DNA from: a virus
Lineage: Duplodnaviria > Heunggongvirae > Uroviricota > Caudoviricetes
Strand: one strand, 5' to 3'
DNA: 19,056 nucleotides
Virus record (IMG/VR): IMGVR_UViG_2695420589_000003
Part shown: in pieces, positions 8,859 to 17,391 of the stretch
How the letters are laid out: each line of letters opens with the position of its first letter
How positions within the stretch are numbered: the stretch's first letter is position 1
The notes under the pieces: model-generated
Told to the model about the DNA's origin: nothing
What the model saw: the letters and a program-made list of their open reading frames with translations, nothing else
Database searches by the model: none
Translations under genes and position numbers: made by a program

Positions 8859-10399
8859 CAGGTGGTGACTTTAAGGAAATAGACCTGCTGACCCGGCAGC
8901 TTAAAAAACTGCATGATGGCCAGCCGGATGCGACGGCCACAGGAAAGAAAGGCCGGGCGAAAAAACTCAAAAATCATTTCACGCCGGAACAGATTGCCGC
9001 ACTGCGGGAAAAAATCATCAGCAGGCTGGAGTGGCATCAGCGGGGCTGGTTTGACTCCCTGACGCTTTGCAGGGAAGCCGGGATACGTAACAGGATGATC
9101 CTGAAATCCCGACAGATTGGGGCGACCTGGTATTTTGCACAGGAAGCACTGCTGATGGCGCTGCGTGACGATGTGGCACAACCTTACCAGCGTAACCAGA
9201 TTTTTTTGTCTGCGTCGCGTCGTCAGGCGTTCCAGTTTAAAAGCATTATTCAGAAGGCCGCGGCTGAAGTCGATGTGGAGCTGAAAGGGGGCGATAAAAT
9301 CATCCTCTCCAACGGCGCAGAGATGCATTTTCTCGGCACTTCTGCTGCGACGGCGCAATCTTACACGGGCAATTTTTATTTTGATGAATTTTTCTGGGTC
9401 AGTCGCTTTGCTGAACTGCGCAAGGTGGCTGGCGCTATGGCAACCCTCAGCGGACTGCGGCGCACCTGCTTCTCCACGCCATCCACCGAAACGCACGAGG
9501 CATACGCCTACTGGAACGGCGACCGCTGGAACGAGAAAAAGGCCGCGCATAAACGCCAGCGTTTTTCTGTGGACTGGAAAACGCTGCATAACGGGCTTAT
9601 CTGCCCTGACCGGACGTGGCGGCAAATTGTCACGCTGGAAGATGTGGTTAATCACGGCTGGAAACACACCGATATTGATGAAATTCGTGATGAAAACACC
9701 GAAGACGAGTTCCGCAATCTCTATATGTGTGAGTTTGTCCGCGAAGGGGAATCGGCATTTAACCTGAATATCCTGATTGGCTGCGGTGTTGACGGATACG
9801 ACGACTGGAAAGACTGGAAACCCTTTGCCCCCCGCCCGATGGGGAATCGTCCGGTATGGATTGGGTATGACGCAAACGGCAGCAGTGGTAACGGCGACAG
9901 CGGCGCTGTGTCCGTGGTGGTTCCTCCGGCTGTTCCTGGTGGTCGTTTCAGAACGGTGGAGACGCGACGCGTTCAGGGGCTGGAATTTGAAGAGCAGGCC
10001 AGAGTTATTGAAGAGTTCACGTATCGCTACAACGTGGAACACATCGGCATTGATGCGACGGGCGGGCACGGGGATGCCGTCTATCAGATAGTGAAACGGT
10101 TTTTTCCCGCCGCCATCCCTTACACCTTCACGCTGTCATCAAAACGGTCGCTGGTACTGAAAATGCTGCAAATAATGCGTGCCGGGCGGTGGGAATACGA
10201 TCGCGCCGAACGCGAGCTGGTTGCGGCCTTTAACGCCGTGCGTAAGGTGAAAACACCGGGCGGTTTTATCACTTACGAAACGGACCGCGCGAGGGGGATC
10301 AGCCACGGCGACCTTGCGTGGGCAACCATGCTTGCTGTCATTAACGAACCGATTGGCGGCGAAGGAGAAAACGAGCGTTTCACGGTTATGGAGTTCTGA
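8859..10399 (+). CDS. P: Terminase large (ATPase) subunit gpP; N-terminal part masked (8561-8858)
   Basis: Long plus-strand frame ending at TGA 10397-10399 that overlaps the Q start (TGATG); Walker-B-like FYFDEFFW present; position divergent from O and upstream of Q matches P2. Confidence 0.85.
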
Positions 10400-11445
10400 T
10401 GAGCAGAAAAAATAAAAAAGTGCGCATGAGTTCACGCATTGATCTCGCTGATGCGCTCAGGAAAGAATCGTCGCTCAGTGCATTCACATTTGATGGTCCT
10501 TACCGCCTGACCGGGCATGACCTGCTGGACAATATGTACTGTGCTGATAACGGGCGGTGGTATGAAACCCCGGTGGACTGGTACGGTCTGGCAAGAGCTG
10601 CCCGGCAAACGTCCTGGCATCAGTCTGCGCTTTACTTTAAGCGCAATGTATTGCTCGGCTGCTATATTCCGCACCCGCTGCTTTCCCGGCAGGATTTCTC
10701 GGCGCTGGCGCTGGACTGGTTTGTGTTCGGTAACGCATTCCTTGAGCTTCGGAGCAATATGCTCGGCGAACCGCTTAAATTACGGCACGCCCTGGCGAAA
10801 TACATGCGACGCGGAAGCGATCTTGAATCATGGTGGTATGTGCAGGATGGCAAGGATGCGTTTCAGTTTCGTCCTGGCAAAGTGTGCCACCTGATGAATC
10901 CGGATATTAACCAGGAAATCTACGGCATGCCGGAATATCTTGGCGCATTACTCTCGGCCAGCCTTTCTCATTCGGCGGACATGTTCAGAAAACTGTACTA
11001 CGACAACGGATCCCACGCCGGGTGCATCATCTACATCGGTGCAGCGCAGGTAAACCGCGAAAGCATGGACTCCCTGAAAGAAACGCTACAGGGGGCACGT
11101 GGTGGTGGTGCGTTTAAAAACGTGCTCATTCATGCGCCCAACGGGGGCAAAGAGGGGGTGCAAATTTTGCCGTTCCAGCAGATCACCGCAAAGGATGAGT
11201 TCATGAATGTTAAGGCGGCATCCCGTGATGATGTGCTGGCTGCGCACCGCGTTCCGCCGCAACTGATGGGGGCGATGCCGGGCGAAAAAAGTGCGTTTGG
11301 TGATGTGGAGAAGGCCGCGCGGGTTTACGCAATTAACGAGCTGATGCCCGTCATGGAGGCCATGAAGCACATCAATGACTGGCTTGGCGAAGAGGTGATC
11401 CGCTTTAACCCTTACGCACTGTTAGACACCCAGCCCACATCCTGA
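10399..11445 (+). CDS. Q: Portal protein gpQ
   Basis: 348-aa ORF (P2 gpQ about 344 aa) starting MSRKNKKVRMSSR; GGAG RBS; last late gene before the presumed cos region, as in P2. Confidence 0.9.
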   Translation: MSRKNKKVRMSSRIDLADALRKESSLSAFTFDGPYRLTGHDLLDNMYCADNGRWYETPVDWYGLARAARQTSWHQSALYFKRNVLLGCYIPHPLLSRQDFSALALDWFVFGNAFLELRSNMLGEPLKLRHALAKYMRRGSDLESWWYVQDGKDAFQFRPGKVCHLMNPDINQEIYGMPEYLGALLSASLSHSADMFRKLYYDNGSHAGCIIYIGAAQVNRESMDSLKETLQGARGGGAFKNVLIHAPNGGKEGVQILPFQQITAKDEFMNVKAASRDDVLAAHRVPPQLMGAMPGEKSAFGDVEKAARVYAINELMPVMEAMKHINDWLGEEVIRFNPYALLDTQPTS

Positions 11446-11471
11446 CGCGCTTCGCTTGTCTGCTGCTTCGC

Positions 11472-11496
11472 CGGGGCATAAAAAATTTATGCCCCG
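11472..11496 (+). terminator. Perfect 11-bp stem / 3-nt loop hairpin (CGGGGCATAAA-AAA-TTTATGCCCCG) 27 nt after the Q stop
   Basis: Read directly; no U-tract follows on either strand, so not a canonical intrinsic terminator. Confidence 0.35.
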
Positions 11497-11782
11497 ACTC
11501 TCCAGCTCCTGTATCAGTCAGATAATTTCACGACGCTTTCCTGCTGATTGCCATCATCGACAGTCAGACTCTTACGCAATCCCACCTCGTTGACTGCATA
11601 TTCTCGCCGTCTCAGTGCGATTTTGACGGCCTTACCTTTCACCCCATCAAATCAAAAGCCCTCACGTCTTTTTCACGCTCAGCGTGAGAAATACAGCCAT
11701 TCTGTTGTATCTCTGCGACATCGTTCAGGGAATGCTATTTACCCCCTGAAACGCGGGCTGTTCCCCCGTCACCTGCGCGCAG

Positions 11783-11826
11783 AAAAAACGCGTTTTTTTG
11801 TGCATGCACGGATCCTTGACGGATCC
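11783..11826. repeat. Cluster of palindromes: AAAAAACGCGTTTTTT (11783-11798), GTGCATGCAC (11800-11809), GGATCC-N5-GGATCC (11810-11826)
   Basis: Read directly from the sequence. Confidence 0.6.
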
Positions 11827-11870
11827 AGCCGCCACGCGGGCCGGAAGGGCAAAAAGTCGTTCAAAAAAAT

Positions 11871-11896
11871 TGTGCAAATTTGTGCACTATTGTGCA
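11871..11896. repeat. Three TGTGCA hexamers at exactly 10-bp spacing (11871, 11881, 11891); a fourth copy at 11799
   Basis: Read directly; helical phasing suggests a protein-binding array. Confidence 0.6.
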
Positions 11897-11936
11897 TTTA
11901 TAAAATCAACTAAAAAACACCTAGTGTGACTTACCT

Positions 11937-12122
11937 CTACCACTCGATCGGCACGTAGTCATTAAGTTCCGGAGACCAATTGCACTTTTCACATCTGTGT
12001 TTTCCATTCTGGCAGATACATAAACGATAACGGCCACAATGCGGGCACCCATTTTCACCATTATCATAATCACCGAGCGACCATTCCTGCATAAGCAGCT
12101 CTTCTTCATCATCATTTAGCAT
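11937..12122 (-). CDS. Small Cys-rich (zinc-ribbon-like) protein with an acidic N-terminus; island gene 5
   Basis: 61-aa ORF with ATG 12122, AGGGGGA RBS and a Cys cluster (C-x2-C-x5-C-x-C-x6-C-x2-C); last gene of the minus-strand island. Confidence 0.55.
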   Translation of the reverse strand: MLNDDEEELLMQEWSLGDYDNGENGCPHCGRYRLCICQNGKHRCEKCNWSPELNDYVPIEW

Positions 12123-12136
12123 TAATCCCCCTTGAG

Positions 12137-12376
12137 CTATTTACTCTTCTCGGCCCTCAAAATCATACGAGAACCATCATCCAGCTCCCAATTAATTTCA
12201 CCGCCTTCTGCCATGACTAGATGCCAAACGAGTTGAGCGGCCTCGTTGGTTACATCGCGACCGCGATCATTTCCTACGCGGCGTTTTGTTCCGTCTCCTA
12301 AGTCACGCATTTTTGCCAATACGATGGTTTTTGATAGCGGTGAAAAACCAAGCTGTAGTCGTGCTGAATTACTCAC
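12137..12376 (-). CDS. Hypothetical protein (79 aa from GTG, or 57 aa from the internal ATG); island gene 4
   Basis: ORF whose GTG start overlaps the stop of the upstream 174-aa ORF (GTGA); no recognisable motif. Confidence 0.4.
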   Translation of the reverse strand: MSNSARLQLGFSPLSKTIVLAKMRDLGDGTKRRVGNDRGRDVTNEAAQLVWHLVMAEGGEINWELDDGSRMILRAEKSK

Positions 12377-12897
12377 TGGCTGCCCCCTTTGTACTGTGTT
12401 AACTCTTCCTGCTCCTGCATCATGCGATTGACCTGAACGCGTGTGCGTCGAACGGCAAAATTAAATTGAAACATGAGCCGGAACATTTCTGATGCTTCCG
12501 TGTGAGCATCACGGATAGGTGACAGGCGGTACAGTTCTGCCTCCGTAGCTTGTTGAATCAATGACAGATCAAATTGAAGTGCGGGTCTGGTACATTTTGC
12601 ACATCTGGCAGCAAGCTCCGGTATTAGTCTCTTAACGAAGGTGTTTTGCACCGCTTTGTTGATTTGTGTCTGCATCCAAATCGCAAATTTCAGCGAACGC
12701 ATAAGTTTGATAGCCTCGGGCAGCGGCAGATAGATCATGCTGGTAGATTTGGGTGGTTGGTGAACCATCTTCACGGATACGCGATTTCGCAGCGTTCGGA
12801 AAATCGTGTTCCCAACAACAGCTTCTACGGATACAGGACAGGGAGCCAGACCAGCCCGCAGTGCTTCTTTCATTAGCATGTATTCGTATTTTTTCAT
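12373..12897 (-). CDS. Hypothetical basic protein (174 aa); island gene 3
   Basis: ATG 12897 with GAGGA RBS 6 nt upstream; no recognisable domain. Confidence 0.55.
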   Translation of the reverse strand: MKKYEYMLMKEALRAGLAPCPVSVEAVVGNTIFRTLRNRVSVKMVHQPPKSTSMIYLPLPEAIKLMRSLKFAIWMQTQINKAVQNTFVKRLIPELAARCAKCTRPALQFDLSLIQQATEAELYRLSPIRDAHTEASEMFRLMFQFNFAVRRTRVQVNRMMQEQEELTQYKGGSQ

Positions 12898-12957
12898 CGT
12901 GTTTTCCTCGTGCGGGGCGACAGTGCACCCCGATAAAATTAAAAGCCGTCAAATTCG

Positions 12958-13121
12958 TCATTCAGGAAATAATGCCCGGATATTCCCTGCTATCTGACTG
13001 GTTATCTGTGCGGTTGGTACTGGCTGTGGCACGGGGCGTTCTGTCCTGGTTTGTGTCACCGATAACGCCTCATCGTCAGCCCATGCAGCCAGTCGGTAAG
13101 CCTCTGCTGGATTCATTTTCA
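12958..13121 (-). CDS. C-terminal 53 codons of an ORF starting in mask 13122-13387; candidate ParR-like adaptor by position only
   Basis: Open minus-strand frame ending at stop 12958, immediately downstream of the ParM-like gene, which is where parR sits in parMRC loci. No motif verified. Confidence 0.3.
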
Positions 13122-13387
13122 NNNNNNNNNNNNNNNNNNNNNNNNNNNNNNNNNNNNNNNNNNNNNNNNNNNNNNNNNNNNNNNNNNNNNNNNNNNNNNN
13201 NNNNNNNNNNNNNNNNNNNNNNNNNNNNNNNNNNNNNNNNNNNNNNNNNNNNNNNNNNNNNNNNNNNNNNNNNNNNNNNNNNNNNNNNNNNNNNNNNNNN
13301 NNNNNNNNNNNNNNNNNNNNNNNNNNNNNNNNNNNNNNNNNNNNNNNNNNNNNNNNNNNNNNNNNNNNNNNNNNNNNNNNNNNNNNN

Positions 13388-14299
13388 CACCCCGTCCGCG
13401 ATGAAAGTCGCATTAACTCCGCAGGCTTCGCGGATAGCGGGTGCCACAATCTCCGCCCCTCCACCGACAACCATCACCCGCCCGTAACCCGAAAAACCCG
13501 CCAGCGCGCGGATCACGCGTTGTTTCAGTGTTTCTTCCTTTTCACGAATAACCGCCATCAGGCTGGCGTAATGCGCGTCATTGTGGATGTGCTGGCGCAG
13601 CCAGGCTTCATCATGGCGATGTTCGATAATGGTATTGGCGATGTGGTGACTGGTGCGCATACCGTTAGTGGCCATCACCGACAGTACGGCATCGGCCATC
13701 AGAGAAACGCCTACGTGTGGATCGCAAAACACCTGGCTGATACCTGCCAGTTGCCCCTGAACCTTTGCCACATCCAGCGTGGTTCCGCCCAAATCCACAA
13801 TCAGCAGGGATTCAAACGGACTCATGTCAGCCAGTGCCTTAAAGCCAGCCGGAATGGATTCAGGCATAACCCGCACGTTACGGATAGTGAATGCTTCGCC
13901 GTTCTGGTACTCCACCGGGCGCATAACGTTCGCTTTTTTGCGGTTGATGTTGGCCATGTCCGGCTGTGCGTTTGTGTCGAAATACTCGCTCAGTGGCAGG
14001 GTGACAACCACATCCACCTCCTGTGGCGTGATGCCTGATTTGACCAGCGCGTGATGAATGGCAATGACATTTACATCGCTGTACTGGTATTGCGTGTCGG
14101 TTGTCTGGACAAAGCGATCGCTGACCGGATCAAAACCATAGCGCACGCCATCAAGCATGTAGTTCGCGGGCTGCATGCCACCGAACGGCGCAGACCATTC
14201 CGACTTGAAGCTGTTCGGGCTGATGGCGTTGCGGCGTTCGCCGTTCTCAGTCCATGCCAGCTTGATGTTGGTGGAGCCGTCGTCGATACAAATTTTCAT
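13388..14299 (-). CDS. ParM/StbA-like actin-fold ATPase (304 codons visible; C-terminus masked)
   Basis: N-terminus MKICIDDGSTNIKLAW closely matches recalled R1 ParM; all three ASKHA nucleotide-binding motifs present: DDGSTNIK (14261-14284), LIVDLGGTTLD (about 13778-13795), VMVVGGGAE (13451-13477); AAGGA RBS before ATG 14299. Confidence 0.85.
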
Positions 14300-14330
14300 G
14301 TCGCTTTTCCTTATGTTGATTAATTAATCG

Positions 14331-14442
14331 TTTACGGGATTCTGAAATCCCGTTTTTGCCTGTTTTGTGCGCGCTTCATATATCGCTGCGCGTTTTTTGC
14401 TCATTTACGGGATTCGTGAGTCCCGTTTCTGTCTGTTTTTTG
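14331..14442. repeat. Two copies, 73 bp apart, of a ~36-bp element TTTACGGGATTC-(loop)-TCCCGTTT-T-rich; each forms a hairpin followed by a T-run on the plus strand
   Basis: Copy 1 at 14331-14366 (hairpin 14335-14352) in the A/ParM spacer; copy 2 at 14404-14442 inside the last codons of A; loop differences are compensatory. Confidence 0.6.
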
Positions 14443-16785
14443 TTTCCACTGGTCAGGCCACCCCGCAGCAGGTCTGCTTTGCGGCGGGCGCGTTCAGTGG
14501 TTTCACTGATTCTCTGTGCGTGCTCTGCGTCGCGGATGGCGCGCAGCATGTCAGAAAGCACGGTAACGGGTGTTTTCATGGTGTTCTGGTCCTGCTGAAG
14601 TGTGGATGCCAGGCGTGCGGCGGCTTCAGGGTCTGATGCCCCCAGCTGTGTCAGATAGCTGGCGACCGGGTTATGGCGGATCTCCGTGCTGCTTACGCCA
14701 TGATTACGGCTCAGGCGCTGCCAGAGCTGCGTGATTCGGCTGTCCGGGCGGGTATCCGGTTTGCGTACAATTTCAAATCCCTGCGGTGCAATGATGCTGC
14801 CGTCAACGTACAGACTGCCGCCCCGTAACAGGTGCTGCATCTGTTGTTCACCGATATGCAGGCCGAGAGATTCAGCAGACTCCCGCCATTCTTTAGCGAG
14901 TAATTCGTGGTTATCAGGCAAAGGCCGCTGCTGTTTGCGGCTCTGTGTCCAGCTCTGCATTTCATCACTGCTGTTTTTTGCCTGTTTGTCACGAAGCGAA
15001 CGCATCAGCGCCCGGCGTTCGTGCCGTTTCAGTGAGCGCATCCATTCATCCACATCAACGCCGTCAGGGAGCTGCGGCCACGGTGCTGGCCGTTCTTCCG
15101 GCTGTTCTGTCCCGTTGTTGTCCGTTTCCTGTACACGGGGACAGTTATTGCCACGAGTCCAAGGGGCGGCAGGGCCGCCCTGAAGGTCAAAACCATTTTC
15201 GCGGGCGCTGTCTTCCGCTTCCGGTTTGCGTCTTACCAGCTTCCAGTTATCCGGATGCGTGCACACACGGGAGGATTCCCCGATGAGTGGTGACCAGATC
15301 CCGTAAATCTGTACGCTCTGTTCGCCGTAATCGTTCAGCTCATCGGCGAGGTCGTAGGCGGTGCGAATCAGGTAGTCTTTGCGTGGAACAAGTACGCCGC
15401 CCTGTTTCTCTATGTAGGTGGCAAAACATCCGGCATCAGCGGCGGCAAGAACCGCATCCATTGCGTCATCCTTCAGCCGTTGCGGGCCTTCCGGGTTGCG
15501 TGCCATCTGGCTGGCAAGGCGGCGCAGTTCACGCCATACCTGGCGGGAGGGGATGCCAAAGAACTGGAACTGGCGGACCCGGTGAAGGCGCGCCCAGCCG
15601 ATGGCGCGTTCCACGCTCTCGGCCATTGATTTTCCGGTTTCGTGGTCAACGCGTGGCTTGCCCGTTTTCGGGTCGATGCCATCCACGGCGCGGCTGTCCA
15701 GGTTTTTCCCGATGTAGGTGGCGATGTAGCTGGTTGGCGTGCCTTTTGAGCCGTCTACATACTCCGCCTTAAAGCGCGGAGTTATGTCATCGCCCAGCTC
15801 GTGACGATCTTCCTGAATGGCAATATCGCGGGTGTGGGACACAATGGTGTCGATTTCTTCCGGATGAGCAAAGACCATCATATGCCAGTGCACGGTGCCG
15901 TCATGGTGAGGCTCCGCCGTGCGGATGCCATACCAGCGCAGGCCGTCGCGGTTCAGTTTTTTGCGGACCGTCGCAAAAAACGTGTTAACCAGGTAATCGC
16001 TGGAGTCGCGCATTGTGGCCCCGTTCCATTTGGGATTCGGATGACCGTTCTCCGTTGTGGCGTGGTATTTTGACGGGCAGGTGACAGTCAGAAACACCGC
16101 TTTGTCGCCACGGGCTTCGGCCAGAAGTTCCAGCCCCTTCATGGTGGCCATCATTTCTGCCTTACGGTGAACCGGGTTACTTACTCCCGCGTAATACACC
16201 GTCTCGAGATCAATCGTGAACCCGTCTTCATTTTCCAGCATGAAACTTTTCAGGAAATCGCGTGTTTTCTCGCGCTGTGCGCGAAACTCGCTTAACGCGT
16301 CCTGGCTCAGATAGGGCGATGTTTTTCTGGAAACCAGACAGGCGGCGCGAAGTTGTTCTTCTCTCCACTCGCAACGTAACAGCCACAGTTTGCGTTTCCA
16401 CCATTCCGCACAGGTCAGGCGAAGGATTGCGCCCGGCAGCAGTTCTGTGTCCGGTTCGTGCCTCCGGTCTTTGTCTGTTGTCAGTGCGTCATAATGCGGA
16501 GGCATGGCGTGTAAGTGTAACGCCATGCGGGCCAGCATCTGATACGCCTTCAGCGTTACATCCATGGTCAGCTCGCCATCAGTCGCGCCAAAACCATCGC
16601 AGAGTTTTTCGAAGGTGCTGCTGAACATCGCCGCCGTCATGGTGGCCAGCGTCTGTATCTGGTGTTTGTTGAGTTGCGGCAGGTAAAGCAAATCGTCCAG
16701 GCGTTCACGTCCGGCAAGGGAGCGATAACCCGGTGTCAGCCAGTGTCCGTCAGTGCGATCCAGACGTTCGAATATTTTGCGCAGG
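14376..16785 (-). CDS. A: Rolling-circle replication initiator gpA (HUH endonuclease); 5' end in mask 16786-17312
   Basis: Contains EPHHDGTVHWHMMVF (HUH motif) and YIATYIGKNLD (paired catalytic Tyr), matching recalled P2 gpA; about 803 codons visible. Confidence 0.9.
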
Positions 16786-17391
16786 NNNNNNNNNNNNNNN
16801 NNNNNNNNNNNNNNNNNNNNNNNNNNNNNNNNNNNNNNNNNNNNNNNNNNNNNNNNNNNNNNNNNNNNNNNNNNNNNNNNNNNNNNNNNNNNNNNNNNNN
16901 NNNNNNNNNNNNNNNNNNNNNNNNNNNNNNNNNNNNNNNNNNNNNNNNNNNNNNNNNNNNNNNNNNNNNNNNNNNNNNNNNNNNNNNNNNNNNNNNNNNN
17001 NNNNNNNNNNNNNNNNNNNNNNNNNNNNNNNNNNNNNNNNNNNNNNNNNNNNNNNNNNNNNNNNNNNNNNNNNNNNNNNNNNNNNNNNNNNNNNNNNNNN
17101 NNNNNNNNNNNNNNNNNNNNNNNNNNNNNNNNNNNNNNNNNNNNNNNNNNNNNNNNNNNNNNNNNNNNNNNNNNNNNNNNNNNNNNNNNNNNNNNNNNNN
17201 NNNNNNNNNNNNNNNNNNNNNNNNNNNNNNNNNNNNNNNNNNNNNNNNNNNNNNNNNNNNNNNNNNNNNNNNNNNNNNNNNNNNNNNNNNNNNNNNNNNN
17301 NNNNNNNNNNNNCGGGGATCCCCGTTCCTTCACGCCCCACTGCGTGGCGCGGTTGTTGCCAGTCCCTGATGTACTCTGCCGTCATAGTGAT

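Larger units (their letters stand above)
11446..11936. other. Noncoding region between Q and the accessory island; expected location of cos by P2 synteny
   Basis: No convincing ORF (the only track ORF, 11548..11913, is low-complexity with no RBS); dense palindromes and repeats; a GC-rich stretch near 11827-11855 loosely resembles the P2/186 cohesive-end core but is not an exact match. Confidence 0.5.

Noticed and set aside
8492-10069. 525-aa minus-strand ORF antisense to terminase P, and other antisense ORFs within recognised genes (435..821, 703..1056, 1141..1572, 6988..7458, 9381..9767, 10517..10894, 13520..14038, 14731..15286)
   Set aside because: Shadow frames opposite well-supported genes; their sequences are low-complexity and Arg/Cys-rich, which is typical of non-coding frames in GC-rich DNA.
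11827-11855. Exact cos cohesive-end site
   Set aside because: GCCGCCACGCGGGCCGGAAGGGCAAAAAG only loosely resembles the P2/186 19-nt end core as recalled; the location is inferred from synteny, not pinned to a base.
11871-11896. CRISPR-like array
   Set aside because: Only three 6-bp repeats with 4-bp spacers; far too short and no cas genes anywhere in the window.
11548-11913. 121-aa plus-strand ORF across the presumed cos region
   Set aside because: No RBS, low-complexity composition, and it overlaps dense palindromes; more likely noncoding packaging or regulatory DNA.
11937-12122. Cys-rich 61-aa protein as an Ogr/Delta-type late activator
   Set aside because: The Cys spacing does not fit the Ogr C-x2-C...C-x4-C pattern as recalled, and Ogr maps near int/att in P2, not next to cos.
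12632-12961. 109-aa minus-strand ORF overlapping the 174-aa island ORF in another frame
   Set aside because: Shorter, no RBS, junk-like composition; the 174-aa frame with its GAGGA RBS is preferred.
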